This document shows, in pieces, positions 32,690 through 47,920 of a stretch of 64,000 nucleotides of DNA. Source of the stretch: Massalongia carnosa (Eukaryota); contig OZ287067.1 of the NCBI GenBank assembly GCA_965645245.1, positions 2,728,001 through 2,792,000 of the forward strand, read 5' to 3'. The notes under the pieces were generated by a model, which made no database searches, was not told where the DNA came from, and saw only the letters and a program-made list of their open reading frames with translations. Numbering within the stretch: position 1 is the stretch's first letter; each line of letters starts with the position of its first letter. A program made the position numbers and the translations under genes.

Positions 32690-34179
32690 TCAACCTCCAT
32701 CCTGTTGCTTCTGGGCGGCTAGCAAATCCTCCACAGTGCGAATCTCATGTCTCGCTTCGCCAAGGGTCTCAAATAACTCCTTGTATGTTGCGCACTGCGC
32801 CCGATCAATTCTCTCATTCTCGGTCCATCTGGGCGGCATCTTGCCTTGTCCAGGATCTCTGGCTCTCTGTGCCCAATCAACCAGACTATTGTGATATTCG
32901 AGGTCATCCGGAAAGGCCAAATGATGAAACCTTTTCCCGGTCCCATGTCTGGCAATAAGCGACTGCTCCCAAGATAGCATCTCGAATTTTGAGGGAAGAA
33001 CTAGACGACCCGCCCACACTCTCGATATCACGGCGGCCTGGCCTTCGAAGGTCCGGAACGGAACAATATGTTTTGGCAGAGCAGCGAATGCCAAAGAGGG
33101 ATGATCGATTGAAAATATATGCTCGAAGAGACGTTTTACTCTGTCACCAGTATCGATAAACTGCGGCACGATAGACGAAAGAAAGGGGTAGGAGTAAAGA
33201 TAGCCAGTGCAAAATACAACTGCATCAATGTGGGTCTCAACGTGCCCATTAGAAAACCTGACTGCTCTGATATGCTTCGATGGGGGTAATAATTCTGCAA
33301 TTTCTGGCATGTATACTTTCAACGGAGTAGGTTTTATCGGCGGGTTCGACCTCAGAGAGATCATGACCGGGGATTTGCTGTATGAGGAAATGTGCGTGGA
33401 AATGTCATGACCCGAGGCGGAATTTCCTACAACGAGTACCTTTTTCTCGGCAAAGTCCTGCGGGCGCTGGTAGAATTTCGAATGAGCTATAATCCCTTTA
33501 TAGGTGGCATTCCACTCGTTAGCTCCGGGGATATATGGTATATGCGGTACCGAATAATGACCGGAAGCTACTACGACAGCATCATAAAAGCCACGAGATA
33601 CAAGTCCACTGCCTATGGATAGAGTATCTACCAACCAGGTTTCTTTACCATCTATGTTGTAATAGCTTACGCTAGTGACCTGAGTTTTGAATTTAACAAG
33701 ATATCGGACATCCTTTCCATATGTTCTAAGATATTGCAAGGTGGCATCGCGGCTTGGAAATAACTGATTCTTCCTAAGTTCTTGTAGATCCGAAAATTCC
33801 ATCAGAAAATGCGGAATATTGGTCTCCAAACCTTCATACATCGGCGAGACGAATTCATATTCACCGGCGGCTTCTTCAGTTTCGGCGCTTGACCCTGGGG
33901 CTGTGGATCCAACCCGGATTGGTGTCTCTAGAAGTTGAAAAGGGTTCGTCTGAGGAACGTCTGTTTGCCCAGCCGAGGACTTAGAGTAGTTCCATAAGCC
34001 TCCAAAAGATGATCGCTGCTCAAAAATATCAATTGTTCTAAACTTTTTTTCTGCCAACAAGTATCTAAAATTTGGGTTAACACTGAAATCATGCTGTGGT
34101 TTGTTGCACCAGATGCCTACTTCGCTACAGCGATACCCGCAGGACCACCGCCAATGATAGCAATGTGGCTGATGTTCAT
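32690..34179 (-). CDS. Flavin-containing (thiol-specific, FMO1-like) monooxygenase
   Basis: IAIIGGGPAG; FMO motif YKGIIAHSKFY; VVGNSASG; FCTGY; one 5' intron. Confidence 0.92.
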
Positions 34180-34872
34180 TTTTAAGGCCCGAAGTTTTCT
34201 AAACAGGATCGAGATCGAGAGATTCTTGTCTCTTTTCACGGATCCAATGGCGAGAATATCAAACAGATTGCCCGGCAATACTATACTATTGTGGGAAATA
34301 TGGAACAAAATCCATCACCGCCATGCAAACCAAAAAGCGAGGGTGCGGCAGCTTGCCGACCGAAAACCAGCATTTGGAAATTTATCTAGGCCAAATCTCT
34401 TTACATTTCCAACTCGTTATTCACGCGATGATCAGCTCATAGCGATTGACACGCAATAGTGATCTAGATGATCTTGATGATGAAGCTGAAGGAGAAAATG
34501 AACATGCTGTGGATGGTTGAGTGGCCCCGGGTAGATCTCCCATGGCCTTTCGGCTTCTCAGACCACTCATCCGATGGTCACAACAACTCGTCCAGACAAC
34601 GACTTCATGTTATAAAATGTCCCCAGCGGAGGATCGTCGATCAATAGCAGAGAGTTCACGCCTACGATGTTGTGATAGATCAACGTTCTAGACTCCAAGC
34701 CCCTCACATGGCATAATACCCTGATGATGGACTACCGGCAAGAGCAATAAGCATAGTAAAAGTCTCGCTCGGTCTCGATCAATTGGCCCGTACTCATATG
34801 CATTCCGTCATACGATTGTGTGACCATGCCGATCGTTGATTTGACGTTTGACGTTTGATAAGAAGATCAAGG

Positions 34873-36545
<1,673 letters not shown>

Positions 36546-36754
36546 GTGTGAAAAGACTTGGGAAATCTGGGAATGGTTTTTGTTATGAGGTAACTTGACT
36601 GGTAAATGCCAATCGGCAATGAATGAAAGACTTGGCCTCGCCTGAAGAATGGTGTTCTGAAATCTACTTTTTTGGAAAAACCAATAAGTTCATTTTTCTG
36701 GATGTGAGATTTCAAGTCTCACAAAGACGTTTTGTAGAGTATCTTGAGACCATA

Positions 36755-39700
36755 TTTCACTGGGCAAACGGGACAAACTGGGCAACGGGACTAAGTAAAT
36801 CCGAAACCATTACTTTTTGACCATTCTAGATGATGAAGCCTTCATTACATACATTTTACATACAAAATCAGCTTCAAATATCAGTAAAATATATTCATCA
36901 ATTTGAAACTTTATAATCATGGATGTTGGTAAAAAAACCACCTTCCACAAGACCTCCACCTCCTCATGTTTTCACCCCACCTCCATCTATCAACAACGAT
37001 TACAATCAGCCTTTTTGGCCTGGAAACAGGCCGATGGAGCTCTTTCCATCACGAAGGCAGCTACTCGATATGCTGTTTCAAAGTCAACTCTTCATGCCCG
37101 CATTCAGGGCCGTCAACCACGATTCACATCTGATCAAACTAAACAACTGCTGACCCCTGAGGAGGAAGACGCTTTGAAGAACTGGGTTTTACAACTATAC
37201 CCTTGGGGCTGGCCTGCTAAAATCGCCCAGTTACGTGAAATGGTCGTAGAATTACTGCGAGCAAGGGGGGATGATGATGATGATGATTGATTCTTGTACC
37301 GATCTGACACCGGCCGAAGGCCGGCCCATGCGGGCTATCTACTTATTCTTACAGGGAAAACCTTTTAAAGGGATAAAAACCATGCAGACTGCGCCATTAT
37401 CCCAAACGTGTTCCGTTTCTGGACTGCATTCTTCGCTCGATGTTCTGTGAAACCCTTGACAAAATGAGAGTTATAACTCGTATAACAGTTGCGATGCTAG
37501 TGAAAATTGGGTCAGCAAATTTGCCTTTATTATCCATGTGGTTAGTTTTTTCAACATTTTCGACGAGCTCATGATCGTTCGATAGTCGTTGGTGCCTATT
37601 TGTTTTAGCACTTCGTATCTGCCGTCGATTAGCCTGCAATGTAGAATAATGTGTTTGGCTGTCTGCTTCTGCCATCCGCACGAGCAGGCCGGGGTCATAA
37701 CGCCCGGTACCCGACGATTGAACAGGAAGTTTGCCAAGCCTATTTTTTCGGTGCGGATTTGCGTGGTTAGCGCGCTTTCCGCTTTCATCAGGTTGTTGTG
37801 AATCTTCAGTCTCGTCCTACTGAGAGATCCCAACTGTGCCTCTGTCGGGCGGGGAATGCGGTTCTGGTACGTCTTCCATTTGGAGTCCCAGCGTTCCTTG
37901 ATGCGTTCTGTGGTGGCCTTTGTGTGTTTCTCTATGGTAGCGTGTCGTGGTGCATTTTTCGAGGTGCGCCGGGTCGGGTGTGGACCAGGGCGGGGGCGAT
38001 GGGGGCATTGTGACTGGTGCCTCGTTATTCAACATTTTGCTGGCCCATTCGTATTTCAACTCTCCTGGGGTGAGGTGTTGCGTTCTTTTGCGTCCTGCCT
38101 TACCCCGTAGCTTGTTCGCTATTGTGTTGCAGGCTTTGGAAATCAGTTTCGCCTGCCCTGCGGCCCGTAGACGATACCTTGATTTTATCTGTAGATTGTC
38201 CAGATGCAACTCCATGGGGGCGATGAACGTTTCCGCTTCGAGAAATTCGACGGGTGTTGCCTTGAACGCCCCTGTCACGGTGCGTAAGCATTTGTTCTGC
38301 ATGACGCTGAGTTTGGACGTCGTGGCCTTGTTTTTCTTGATTTCCCTGGGTGTGTGCCACACGGTGCTTCCATAAGTCATTGCCGGGCGAACGACGGCGG
38401 TGTAAACCTGCTGGGCCTTCGCGAAAGAAGCTCCCCAGGTAGATGTCGATATTTTTGTGAGCGCCAGCGACTGCGACGTCATCTTTTCCTGTGTTTTCCG
38501 TATGTGGGCTCCCCATTTCAATTTGGTGTCGATTTGGAGGCCCAGAACTCGTATGTCCGTTTTCGGTTCTATTAGGTTGTTTTCTATTTGAATAGTAGCC
38601 GACATGTCGAATTTCTTTGGATTTCTGGACACATGAATGAGCTCATACTTATCCGGTGCAAATACGGACCCGTGGCGTGCCGCCCATAGTTCGCATTTTC
38701 TGTGAATTCTTTCGAGGGTTCTGCAGTTTTCTTCCGTGCTTTTGCCGTATGCCAACACATTTACGTCGTCTACAAATCCTAGCGCGCTCGTGTTTGTGCC
38801 GGGTCTCTCGCATATCTCTAAAAGGTCCGCATTGTAGAACAGGTAGAGAATAGGGGAAATGGGTGAGCCTTGAGGAATGCCCGTGCGCACCGCGAACTCC
38901 TCGGTTACTCGCCGGTTTATCGTTAGCGTGGTTCTTCTTTCCTTCAGAAAGCTTGCCGTCCAGTCTGTGATCCAATTCGGGATTTTCCTTTTTCGCAGAT
39001 TGTGTATCAGCCTGCGATGAGACACTGTAGCAAGGGGGATCATACTGTGCTGGGAGTCAATTGGCAACAGTATTTTTTACATAGTCATCCCGATTTGCAT
39101 GCTAAATACAGTCGCACACTTGATCAAGACCGATTATTCGCTGAGAATGAAGAGATATTTCAGCATTGGTTTGACCTCTTCCTCTCCATCAAGGAAAAGC
39201 ACGGAATTCTTGATGAAGATATCTATAACATGGACGAAAAGGGGTTCATGATGGGTGGTAGTGTTAAAGTGGTAATTTCTAAGCACGAAAAGCAAGCCTT
39301 TTCAGCACAATTAGGCAATCGAGAATGGGTGTCATCGATCGAGTCCATTTGTACTACCGGCCGAAGTTTACCTCTTTTCGTCATCTTCAAAGGAGTCAAC
39401 AAGCATAAGGCCTCGTACGATGTTCTGGAAGACATTGACACTGAAATAGCTACCAGCGAAAACGGATGGACAGACAATGAACTAGGTCTTGATTCATTGA
39501 AAAAGTGTTTTGAACCTGCTACTGCAAAATATCTACACGGTGAATATCGACTTCTTATAGTAGATGGTCATGCTTCCCATATTTCTACCGAATTCAGCAA
39601 GTTTTGCAACGAAAAGAAAATCATTCTTTTGTGTCTGTCTACCTCCACATACTACCCATATGTTGCAACCTCTGGACGTGAGTGTTTTTGGGCCCTTATC

Positions 39701-40708
39701 ACGGGAGTACAAAAAACAATTGGAGGTCGTCACCCGATTCAACGTCTGTTCAGTGGACAAGGTGGATTTTCTGAAGATCATTCGAAAAGCAAGAAAAGAA
39801 GCAATCAACACAAAAAACGTGCTGACTGCATGGAGAGCAACCGGATTAGTACCATACAATCCGTCATCAGTTCTTCAAAAACTCACTAATAAACAATCAG
39901 TTTTTGCGAAAGACTGATAGCATCACCACCACCACGAATATCACCTCCTCTTCCCATCCTAACACTCCGACAACCCTTCAAAACTCTCACGAAATTGAAA
40001 AGACACCTGCAAATATCGATCAAATAAATCAACTGATTCGTCGAATTCGGAATGATGAAGAATCAGACTCGACCCCCGTCCGAGCGCTAAATATGCCGTC
40101 GCAGACTCTACCTTGCTAGGTATCACCAACAACGAGCTTCTTCAGGCTAATGTACGGCGCCACCATCGGGTCAATCGTAGCGGGGCTCACTATGGAGGAA
40201 AGGCTCGAGTCCTAAGCCTTGAAGACGTTCAACAAAGACAGCAATGGGCCAAAGATGAACAAAAGGTGAAAGGCGACAAAAAGAAGGCCGCTCAGCTAAA
40301 ACGAGCCGAGCAGGACCTTATCAAAACTTTCAGGGAAATGTGTCAATTTGGACCTGATTTAGTAGGACAAACGTCTACTGCATCTCCGACGAAAAGTCCT
40401 CAGAAAGCACCTGATAGTTCACAAAGTAGGCCTATTTCTTCTTTCAAAAGACGATTACTACCTCCTCCCATGCTTCAACCAATGACAGAAGAGGTAGAGG
40501 GGGTGGGGGAGGTGAAGAAGGTTCAAACTAGCAGACGGGGTCGTATTATACGTCAACCACGTAAAATGTGATTAATTTGCATGCAGACAAAATATCAATT
40601 TCATGTCTAATAGATATTGAAGCCGAATTTGTATGTAAAAAGGGTGAGAGGTAGGCTTTAGAAATTAAGCGAAATTTAGTTAGTCCCGTGTCCCGTTACC
40701 CAGTGAAA
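36755..40708 (+). mobile_element. pogo/Fot1 DNA transposon, degenerate and split by a LINE
   Basis: Imperfect TIRs TTTCACTGGG..AACGGGAC..CGGGACTAA.TAAAT; TA at 36753-54 and 40709-10; transposase pieces 36919..37272 and 39041..40571 (YNMDEKGF, LIVDGHASH, LQPLDV). Confidence 0.9.
37273..39028 (-). mobile_element. 5'-truncated LINE (Tad1-like), relative of the 16803..18601 element
   Basis: GIPQGSPIS, GFVDDV, CSCG..HIILHC; (ATC)n tail; TSD AGCAAGGGGG(G)AT at 37260..37272 and 39029..39040; removal restores transposase LLRARGDHTVLGVNW. Confidence 0.95.
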
Positions 40709-40752
40709 TACGTTATTTGGTATTCCAGACGTTTCGTCCCACCTAACCCACC

Positions 40753-41553
40753 ATGTCTTCCCCTTCCCCCACCCCCTCTCCCCCTTACGAACTGATCTAC
40801 TGGCCCACCATCCCCGGCCGCGCCGAACACATCCGCCTCGCCCTCGAAGCGACCCGAACCCCCTACACCGACCTCTCCAACTCTTCCTCCGCGATCGCCA
40901 CCATCCAGGAACACACATCGCCCACCTCCGCCTTCGGCTCCGCGCACAACCCTCCCCCTTTCGCGCCTCCCATTCTCCGGCACGGCGCCCTCGTGCTCTC
41001 CCAAACCCCGAATATCCTCCTCTACCTCGGTCCGCGGCTCGGGCTCGTGCCCGACACCGCTAACGACCCGCACGGCCTCTACCACGTCAACGCCCTCGCG
41101 CTGACCGCCCTAGACGGGCTGTCCAACGAGGCGCACGACACCCACCATCCCGTCGCCGTGAGCGCCTACTACGAGGAGCAGAAAGAGGAAGCGAAGCGTC
41201 GCGCTGCCGACTACGTCGCGCACCGCCTTCCCAAGTTCCTGGCTTACTTCGAGCGCGTGCTGGCCCGTAGCGGCGAGGATGGGGACAGGGAAGCGAGCGG
41301 GTGGTTGTATGGCGTGCAGATGACGTATGCGGATCTGGTGCTCTTCCAGACGATCGATGGGTTGGGGTACGCGTTCCCGAAGGCGGTGGCGCGGTTGCGG
41401 GAGGGGGGAAAGTATGCTAGGGTTTTTGCGCTGGTGGGGCGGGTTAGGGAGGGGGAGGCGGTGAGGGAGTATTTGGCGAGTGGGAGGAGGAAGGCATATG
41501 GTATGGGGGTTTATCGGTTTTATGAAGAGTTGGATTTGGTAGGGAGCGATTAG
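40753..41553 (+). CDS. Glutathione S-transferase, intronless
   Basis: YELIYWPTIPGRAEHIRLALE; FAPPIL; SQTPNILLYL; TYADLVLFQ. Confidence 0.9.
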   Translation: MSSPSPTPSPPYELIYWPTIPGRAEHIRLALEATRTPYTDLSNSSSAIATIQEHTSPTSAFGSAHNPPPFAPPILRHGALVLSQTPNILLYLGPRLGLVPDTANDPHGLYHVNALALTALDGLSNEAHDTHHPVAVSAYYEEQKEEAKRRAADYVAHRLPKFLAYFERVLARSGEDGDREASGWLYGVQMTYADLVLFQTIDGLGYAFPKAVARLREGGKYARVFALVGRVREGEAVREYLASGRRKAYGMGVYRFYEELDLVGSD

Positions 41554-43308
41554 GGGACGGGTGGGGATGGGGTAAGAGGAAGATTGAGATGCCAGCAAAC
41601 CATCCGTTCGTTTTTATGAAAAACTCTCATCTACCATATTACTTTCCTTTCACAAACGACAACAGCGACAGTAATTGAGATCGCCGGTTCCTCTAAGCGA
41701 AGTGATAATAGTTTATCCGAGCCTAGGTTGCTTAAGACAAAAGGTCTTAAGTAACCGATACGGTTAGACTGGATCTGATCTAATCTAATCTGTTGTGCTG
41801 GTAGAAGATTGTTTGGAAATATTTTGTGGGGTTTTATACATAGAAAGGAGAAGGGGGACCCACGAAGCCCAAACGAACAACTGCGTCAGGTCGATAGTAC
41901 TTATTGTAAGAGCCTGAATAAATACTTGGGTTTACGTCCCTAACTTTTCGTAGGTAGGCACCTATCTATCCTCAAAATGGAGATCCTGAACCCCACAAAC
42001 GAAACCGAGGAGCGGGAGGGTGAGTAGAATGTAAAGGGTTGAAAGGCTAGTATATAAATTTGAGTAAACACCAATTTTTAGCAATGACATTCCAATCTCC
42101 CTACTTACCTTGTGGTGCTTCCTGCCAAAACACCCTCTTGTTTCTATTTCAGCTCCAACCGAAGTCTACCTGGCCCTTGATTGTGAAGGGGAAACAGGAT
42201 TTTGGAGCGGAATAGAGGGATGGGAGGAGGGGAATGGAGGGAGGGGTTACACGACTTTTCTCCAAACTCGTAGCTGATGAGAGACGCTATTAAAGAAATG
42301 CGCCTGACGGCAGCAGCAAGGAATGGCCTACAGCTCGAGTTGCTCCCACAACGGAGGTTTGTGAAGAACTTTATTATGGACTTGATTGAAGACATTTTTT
42401 TGAATAATCTTTAAGTTAGCAAATATGTAGGCAGCTACAATGGTGACAAGAAGAAATCCAAGGGCAATTCGTAGTTCACGACAGACAACAAGATATGTCG
42501 GTTGGTGCATAACCGTCGCCATACTTTAACGAAAGGGTTTACCGTTTGAGCTAGCGGCATCTATACACGTTGCTCAGTATGTGGTTCGTTTGTGAACTGG
42601 TGTGGAACGTTCTTAGTTCTTGGTTCTCGGTTCATGAATGATGAAAGATGGATGAAGGAAACATTCAGAACTATGTATATTATATAATTTTTCTTAAAAA
42701 AACAACTGACAGCTCTTCATCATCCTCTTATGCCTTAAGTTGGACTTCGCGACTGAGAGAGAACCAGCCGGGTGAACCAATCCTAAAGATACGGTCTGGA
42801 AATGTCATTGCAAGGGACGGGGTTGTATGATCATTGTCGTCACGTGACATGACGAATGGAATCGTTCCTGTCACGATTCTTCTATGAAAGACGTGTTGCG
42901 CTTAGGTCTTTTGTTCGAAACATCCATATGAAAATGATAGACGAGGTACTTCGGTCCAGGACTGTAGAGTACAGAGGAAAGGTGGAAATGTCGTGAGAAT
43001 AAACAATGCGCTTTCCTTGTTTCCCGAGGGAATTGGCGTTACGCTAAGCCCACTCGGGCTCGGTCTCACTCAAGGACTGCGAAAGTTCTTCGGCTTCATG
43101 ATTGCTCAACTCTCCTTCTTCTCCTTCTCAATTCCTCTGACTGAACAGTCGATTGAAAAAAAATAGTAAAATAAAAAAAGGATCCTGATAGCTGTCAGGA
43201 CACAGCCAGTCTGTGAAGCTCTTTACATTCGTTTCCGCAATATTCCATCGTAATTAACGGCAATGGTGATGTTTCCTGTGCAGTATTTATATTATTTTCT
43301 TGGCATAT

Positions 43309-46300
43309 ATGATGATTTCGAGAAAGCGTCGCAATAGCCCAACTCTTATTTCTCCAGGACTCCAGTCGAAAAGAGCAAGGATACTGTCAGAATTGTGGAG
43401 ATCAGAGGAGAGCCAGCCGGTCGATCCTATACGTAGAACGGAGAGATCACGACGAAATAGTCGTGCACAATCTGTAATTGCAAAAAAAGCCGACATATAT
43501 TTAATAAATAAAGCGGAAGACATTCTTATTAAACTAAAAACCACGTCATCCCGGGTAAGTGGCTCGTGTTCATTGATCGTGAACGGCGTGTAAAAGGTAA
43601 ATATCAAGCAATCGTCGGTTTTGCTATTTCGGCAGCCTTTGGTTTCCGAGCGTCGACAATATATAAGCTAACAAAGCATGGGATGAATCATAGCAGCCGG
43701 AGAAGATTGTCGTCGACCGGACGAGTGTCACATGGAAATCATCAACAAACGCTTCGGACAAGGCAAGGAATTCCAATCGACCGATCCTGCGCCGACGCAG
43801 AGACGAAGGTATAGAGTCTGGCTGTGGAAGGCAACCGAATAGAAATAAATCTTCACCTCTCGTGGAAACAAGCTCTGGGCTGGTTGAAATCGCCCGCGAC
43901 CTATCTCCCCCGGCGGTTACAGAATCTCGTACTTCAATTATACGAAAGTCCGGTCTTTCGGATTTGACGGTTCGGATTTCTCAGCACAGCAGTTTGGGCC
44001 AGGATCAGTACTTATCGTATAAGTCTTCCCTGTCTAGTCAATCCATCTTTGCGTCACGTCCTTCTTATCTGGAAACGGAGTCAGGAGAATCGTTACTGGT
44101 GCCGCTGTCTGACATTCAGAGCGGGCCAAAACCGTGCCAAAGTGAAATCTTTCCTGATTCACAATCGGCCGCTGGCTCGTCCAGTTACGTGCCTACATCA
44201 AGCACCTTTCTGAACGAGGCTAGCTCGAACGACTCAGCGGAGGGTAATAGCCCCCATTCTAACTCACCAAACACACGCACCAACCATTCAGGTTTCTCGT
44301 CCTCGGTTCGATCAAACACCAACCAGACGTTTCAGATAGTTCCTAGCACGACGGTAAGTGCAAGTCAAGACTTTCTTCGTTCGCAGCGAGCAGATTCGGC
44401 CCCTTTGCAATCATCCCCAACAGCCCTTCAACCAACATCACTTGTTGAGGTTGAGGCCACGCAGGTATTTCGCAGTAGATTAGATTCGCCTTCCATCATA
44501 TCTGACAGCCTTGGACGAGGATCTTCACATCTAACGCAAGAAACGGTCTCATCCTCTAGAGGATTGGATCCAAGGTGGAGCCTTCGTCAATTTCACCCGA
44601 CTCGGGAGTTTGGTGTTGATGATCTTGACCTGGGAATCAATTTTCAGACACAAACATCCCTAGCCCTTGGTAGCCAACAAAATCTAGGTTCTTCAGAGTC
44701 TATTGGTAAGCGCACCTCCGTGGTTTCAAATCCGCTGTCTAATAAAATTTACCAGGCGATAACTGGCAGAGTGGGCAAGTTGTTCGTCGGCCTATTGATT
44801 TGGCTTCTCAAATTTCAGTTAGCAGCGTTTCCCGACAACGCTCAGCTGTTTCGGAAAATACGACCACACTCGAAGAATCTATCAGCGTCAGTCAAACACC
44901 ACTTCCTACCGAAGCCTCGACACTTAGCCCGCGGCATCTAGAATCTCAAATAGACCAAAGCCAGTCGGCACAAGCTTGGGAGAACTTCATCGTAAGTACC
45001 ATTGATTCGCAGGTCTCCGAGCTTGAAGAAGTCGCCGATTCGCTCCCATCTCGTGGACCTTCTCAACGGATACGCGTTCTAAAACTAAACACCACACTTC
45101 CCATAGCCAATATGAACATGTCAGATCAAGCTGATGTCAATACGGGAAGCCCCTCACCAGCTATTTCGACAGGCGTCTCCGCCAACCGGATACCACCACG
45201 AGCTGGCTTTTTCTCAGGAGTTTCGTCACGGACCACCATGGCAGGGATTTTACCAGTCTCGGGCTTGCCAAATTCTACCGCATCCGGGCGGGAGCCTGCA
45301 AGAACTAACCACTTGTTGAACCGTCGTCCATTCTCATCCCCAGGGACTCCAAGCGCACCATCATCTGTGGCCGGAGTCCCGGCGATGACGCTTCGAGAGA
45401 AACTACGAGCGATGCGTGAAAATAGTAGAGCGAACTACGCTGCCCACCGAGCTAGCATGGAAATCAAGGATTCGATGCAAGCAGAAAAATCTCCTTCCGT
45501 CATTTCGGAAAACCTCAAAGGGCCTGAGCCGGAGGAGAAATCGCGACTGGAAGTCCAGCCTCTAAAAATTCCCGTTGAAGTGCCATTGCCTGTTCGGGTT
45601 GTCCAGCCTGCACCGCATACCCCAACCAATCCAAGCAAGCTTTCCTTTCATACAGAAGCAAGTCGTACGCCCAAGCGAACTACGTTAATCCCCACGCATC
45701 TTAGAGAAATGGAGTTCATCATACCTTTGTCGATGAACCCACGGGTCAGAGACCAGTATATTACCACCATCAAATATTATCAAAAGGACATTAGCAAGTT
45801 CTTGAACACCGAAATTCCTGAGGAACGTGTAGTAGAGCGAGTTAAAGTGATGCTGGATCGCGTCAAACGAGTGGCAACACATATTGACCTTGATAACGGA
45901 GTCAATGCATCACAAGGGCAAGAGGAAGCAGAGAACGAAGCTTTATGGGCCGAGACCTGTAGTGCCAAGTTTCTCTTTCTACGCCATTTTTTGGACTCTC
46001 TTCGGTATCAGGACCAACACATTGCTATAGTCGCCCGATCTGGTCAGCTTCATGATATTATCGAGATATTTCTCAAGGGGAAACAGATAAAATACAGTCG
46101 ACCTGCTACAGTTTCAAGGTCGTTGCCTAGTCTCTCAAAGGGGCGACTGCAAGTCACCTTGATCGCTTCTGGAGAGGAGGGTGCTTCTAGCCTTCCAAAA
46201 CCCGCTAATCTCGTCCTTGCATTTGATGGCTCGTTCAACCGTCAGGATGTACAAGTTGGCTTGCTGCGTAACCATCTGGTCAACGTCGGCCAACTGGCTC

Positions 46301-47920
46301 CTGTAATACATCTTCTGGTGTATAAGTCGGCCGAGCATATAGAACGATGCATACCAGAATCTATAAACCCCCTTGATAGGCTAAAGAACATCATTAGCTG
46401 CATGGTGCAGACCCAAGATGATGTCGGCTTACTTTTGCCCGACGAGGCAGGCACGGCTGCCGTCGCCGAAGAGGCTGTTGCGTTTCTAGAAGCTGGTGGA
46501 CTTGATGAAGATTGGACATTTCCTGCTATAAGGCCGATTGAGGACGTAGACTTGATCGAGGTAGCGGATTTAAAGGCCCCGGAATTACTGGAGCAGCCAG
46601 TCACGGAAGCGAACGCCATGAAGAGAGCCTTGGTGTGTGGTTATTGTTTGTATTTTTGAAGTTGTGTCGACGCTAAGAATGTGATAGGACACGGAGCAGG
46701 ACAGATTCACTCCACCAAAAAGACAACGATCAACCCCTGCAGGCGTCATCACTCAGATTAGTGACTCTATCCCTCACGATTCTCAACCTGTATGCGCCCG
46801 TTTCATTTTGATCTCTAGCCTTCATTCATATCTGACCTCATCGCTGACCTCTAATTCTCTTTTTTGCTGACCTCGAATCTTCATAATTGCGAAACTTGAA
46901 TTTCATTGCTAACCTTTCCGGATACAGATTGATATCATGGCAGCAGCACGTCGCGCTCGGGAAGTTGAGTTTCGAAAACTGCAAGTGGAGCGAGACAATT
47001 TGGAGAAGGAGAATGCAGGGTTGATCGGAGAACGTGAGGCTCTTCAGAGCGAGAACAACACCCTCCTAAACGACCAGGCCTTTGCGAGTTCAGAGCGTCA
47101 TTATTTGAAGAAGCGGGAGGAGACGCTGCAAGCGTTGTTGGAGAAAACAGAGAAGCAGCGGGTGGATTTGGATCAGAGCCTCGGCGAGCTCCAGTACCGG
47201 TATGAGAGCAAATCCAGCCAAGCTCGCCAACTCCAATATACCCGCGACGAGCTCGTCGAGGCGTCGAAAACGGCAAAGTGGAAGATCATCCAGAAAGACG
47301 CGGAGATCACCAGGCTCACCAACAGCCGTGCCAAGCTGGAGCAAGAGGTCGACGAGGCCCGCATGGCCCTCCAATCCTCCACCGTGCCCACCGTGGCCGA
47401 GCTCGAAACCGTCAACGCCGAGCTCCGGTCCCTCCGTGCCGCCAGTGCAGCCCTTGAGAAGAAAGTCGCGGCACAGAACCAAGACTTCGAATACATGCGG
47501 CAGCAGTACCAGCAAGCATCGACCGCCGCCGCCGAGGCCGTCACGCAGGTGTCACGGCTGGAAACAGAGCTGGCAGCCGCACAGCAAAAGGCAAGCGGCG
47601 AGGCCACTCAGTTAGCCGAGATCAACCGGCGCAGCGACCTGCAGCAGGCGCACGCCCGCATCGAACAACTAAAGCTGGAGACTGCAAGCCGGGAGCGCCT
47701 GCTGCAGAAGCAAGGTGACGAGTTGAGGGACGCGCGGAGGGGCAGAGGGGGGGTGGTGACGAGGGGGAGTAGCGTGCAGGCCAAGAGCCCACGGGGAGGA
47801 GGGAGTCGGGGCGGGAGCCCGGGCGTTGGCGGCGCCGGCGTTAGTAGTGGGGCTGGTGGAAAGGTGGGGGGGAGTGGGTTGAGGTTTGGGTCTGGGGTTG
47901 GAGAGGGGGGTGGGAGTTGA
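43309..47920 (+). CDS. HDA1-complex subunit 2/3 (HDA2-3) domain protein with Ser-rich N-terminus and C-terminal coiled coil; 5' exons uncertain
   Basis: SAKFLFLRHFL...HIAIVAR...LVLAFDGSF...PVIHLLVYKSAEHIERC; last exon 46929..47920 is a long heptad coiled coil. Confidence 0.75.

Noticed and set aside
41726..41766. 13-bp-stem hairpin with an adjacent TAACCG-ATA-CGGTTA
   Set aside because: Short and imperfect with no TSD; cannot be distinguished from chance or a 3' UTR structure
42102..42522. TACTTACCT as a U1 snRNA 5' end, and the small ORFs 42144..42522
   Set aside because: No U1-70K loop, U1A site or Sm site in the right places; the ORFs are short with no recognisable motif
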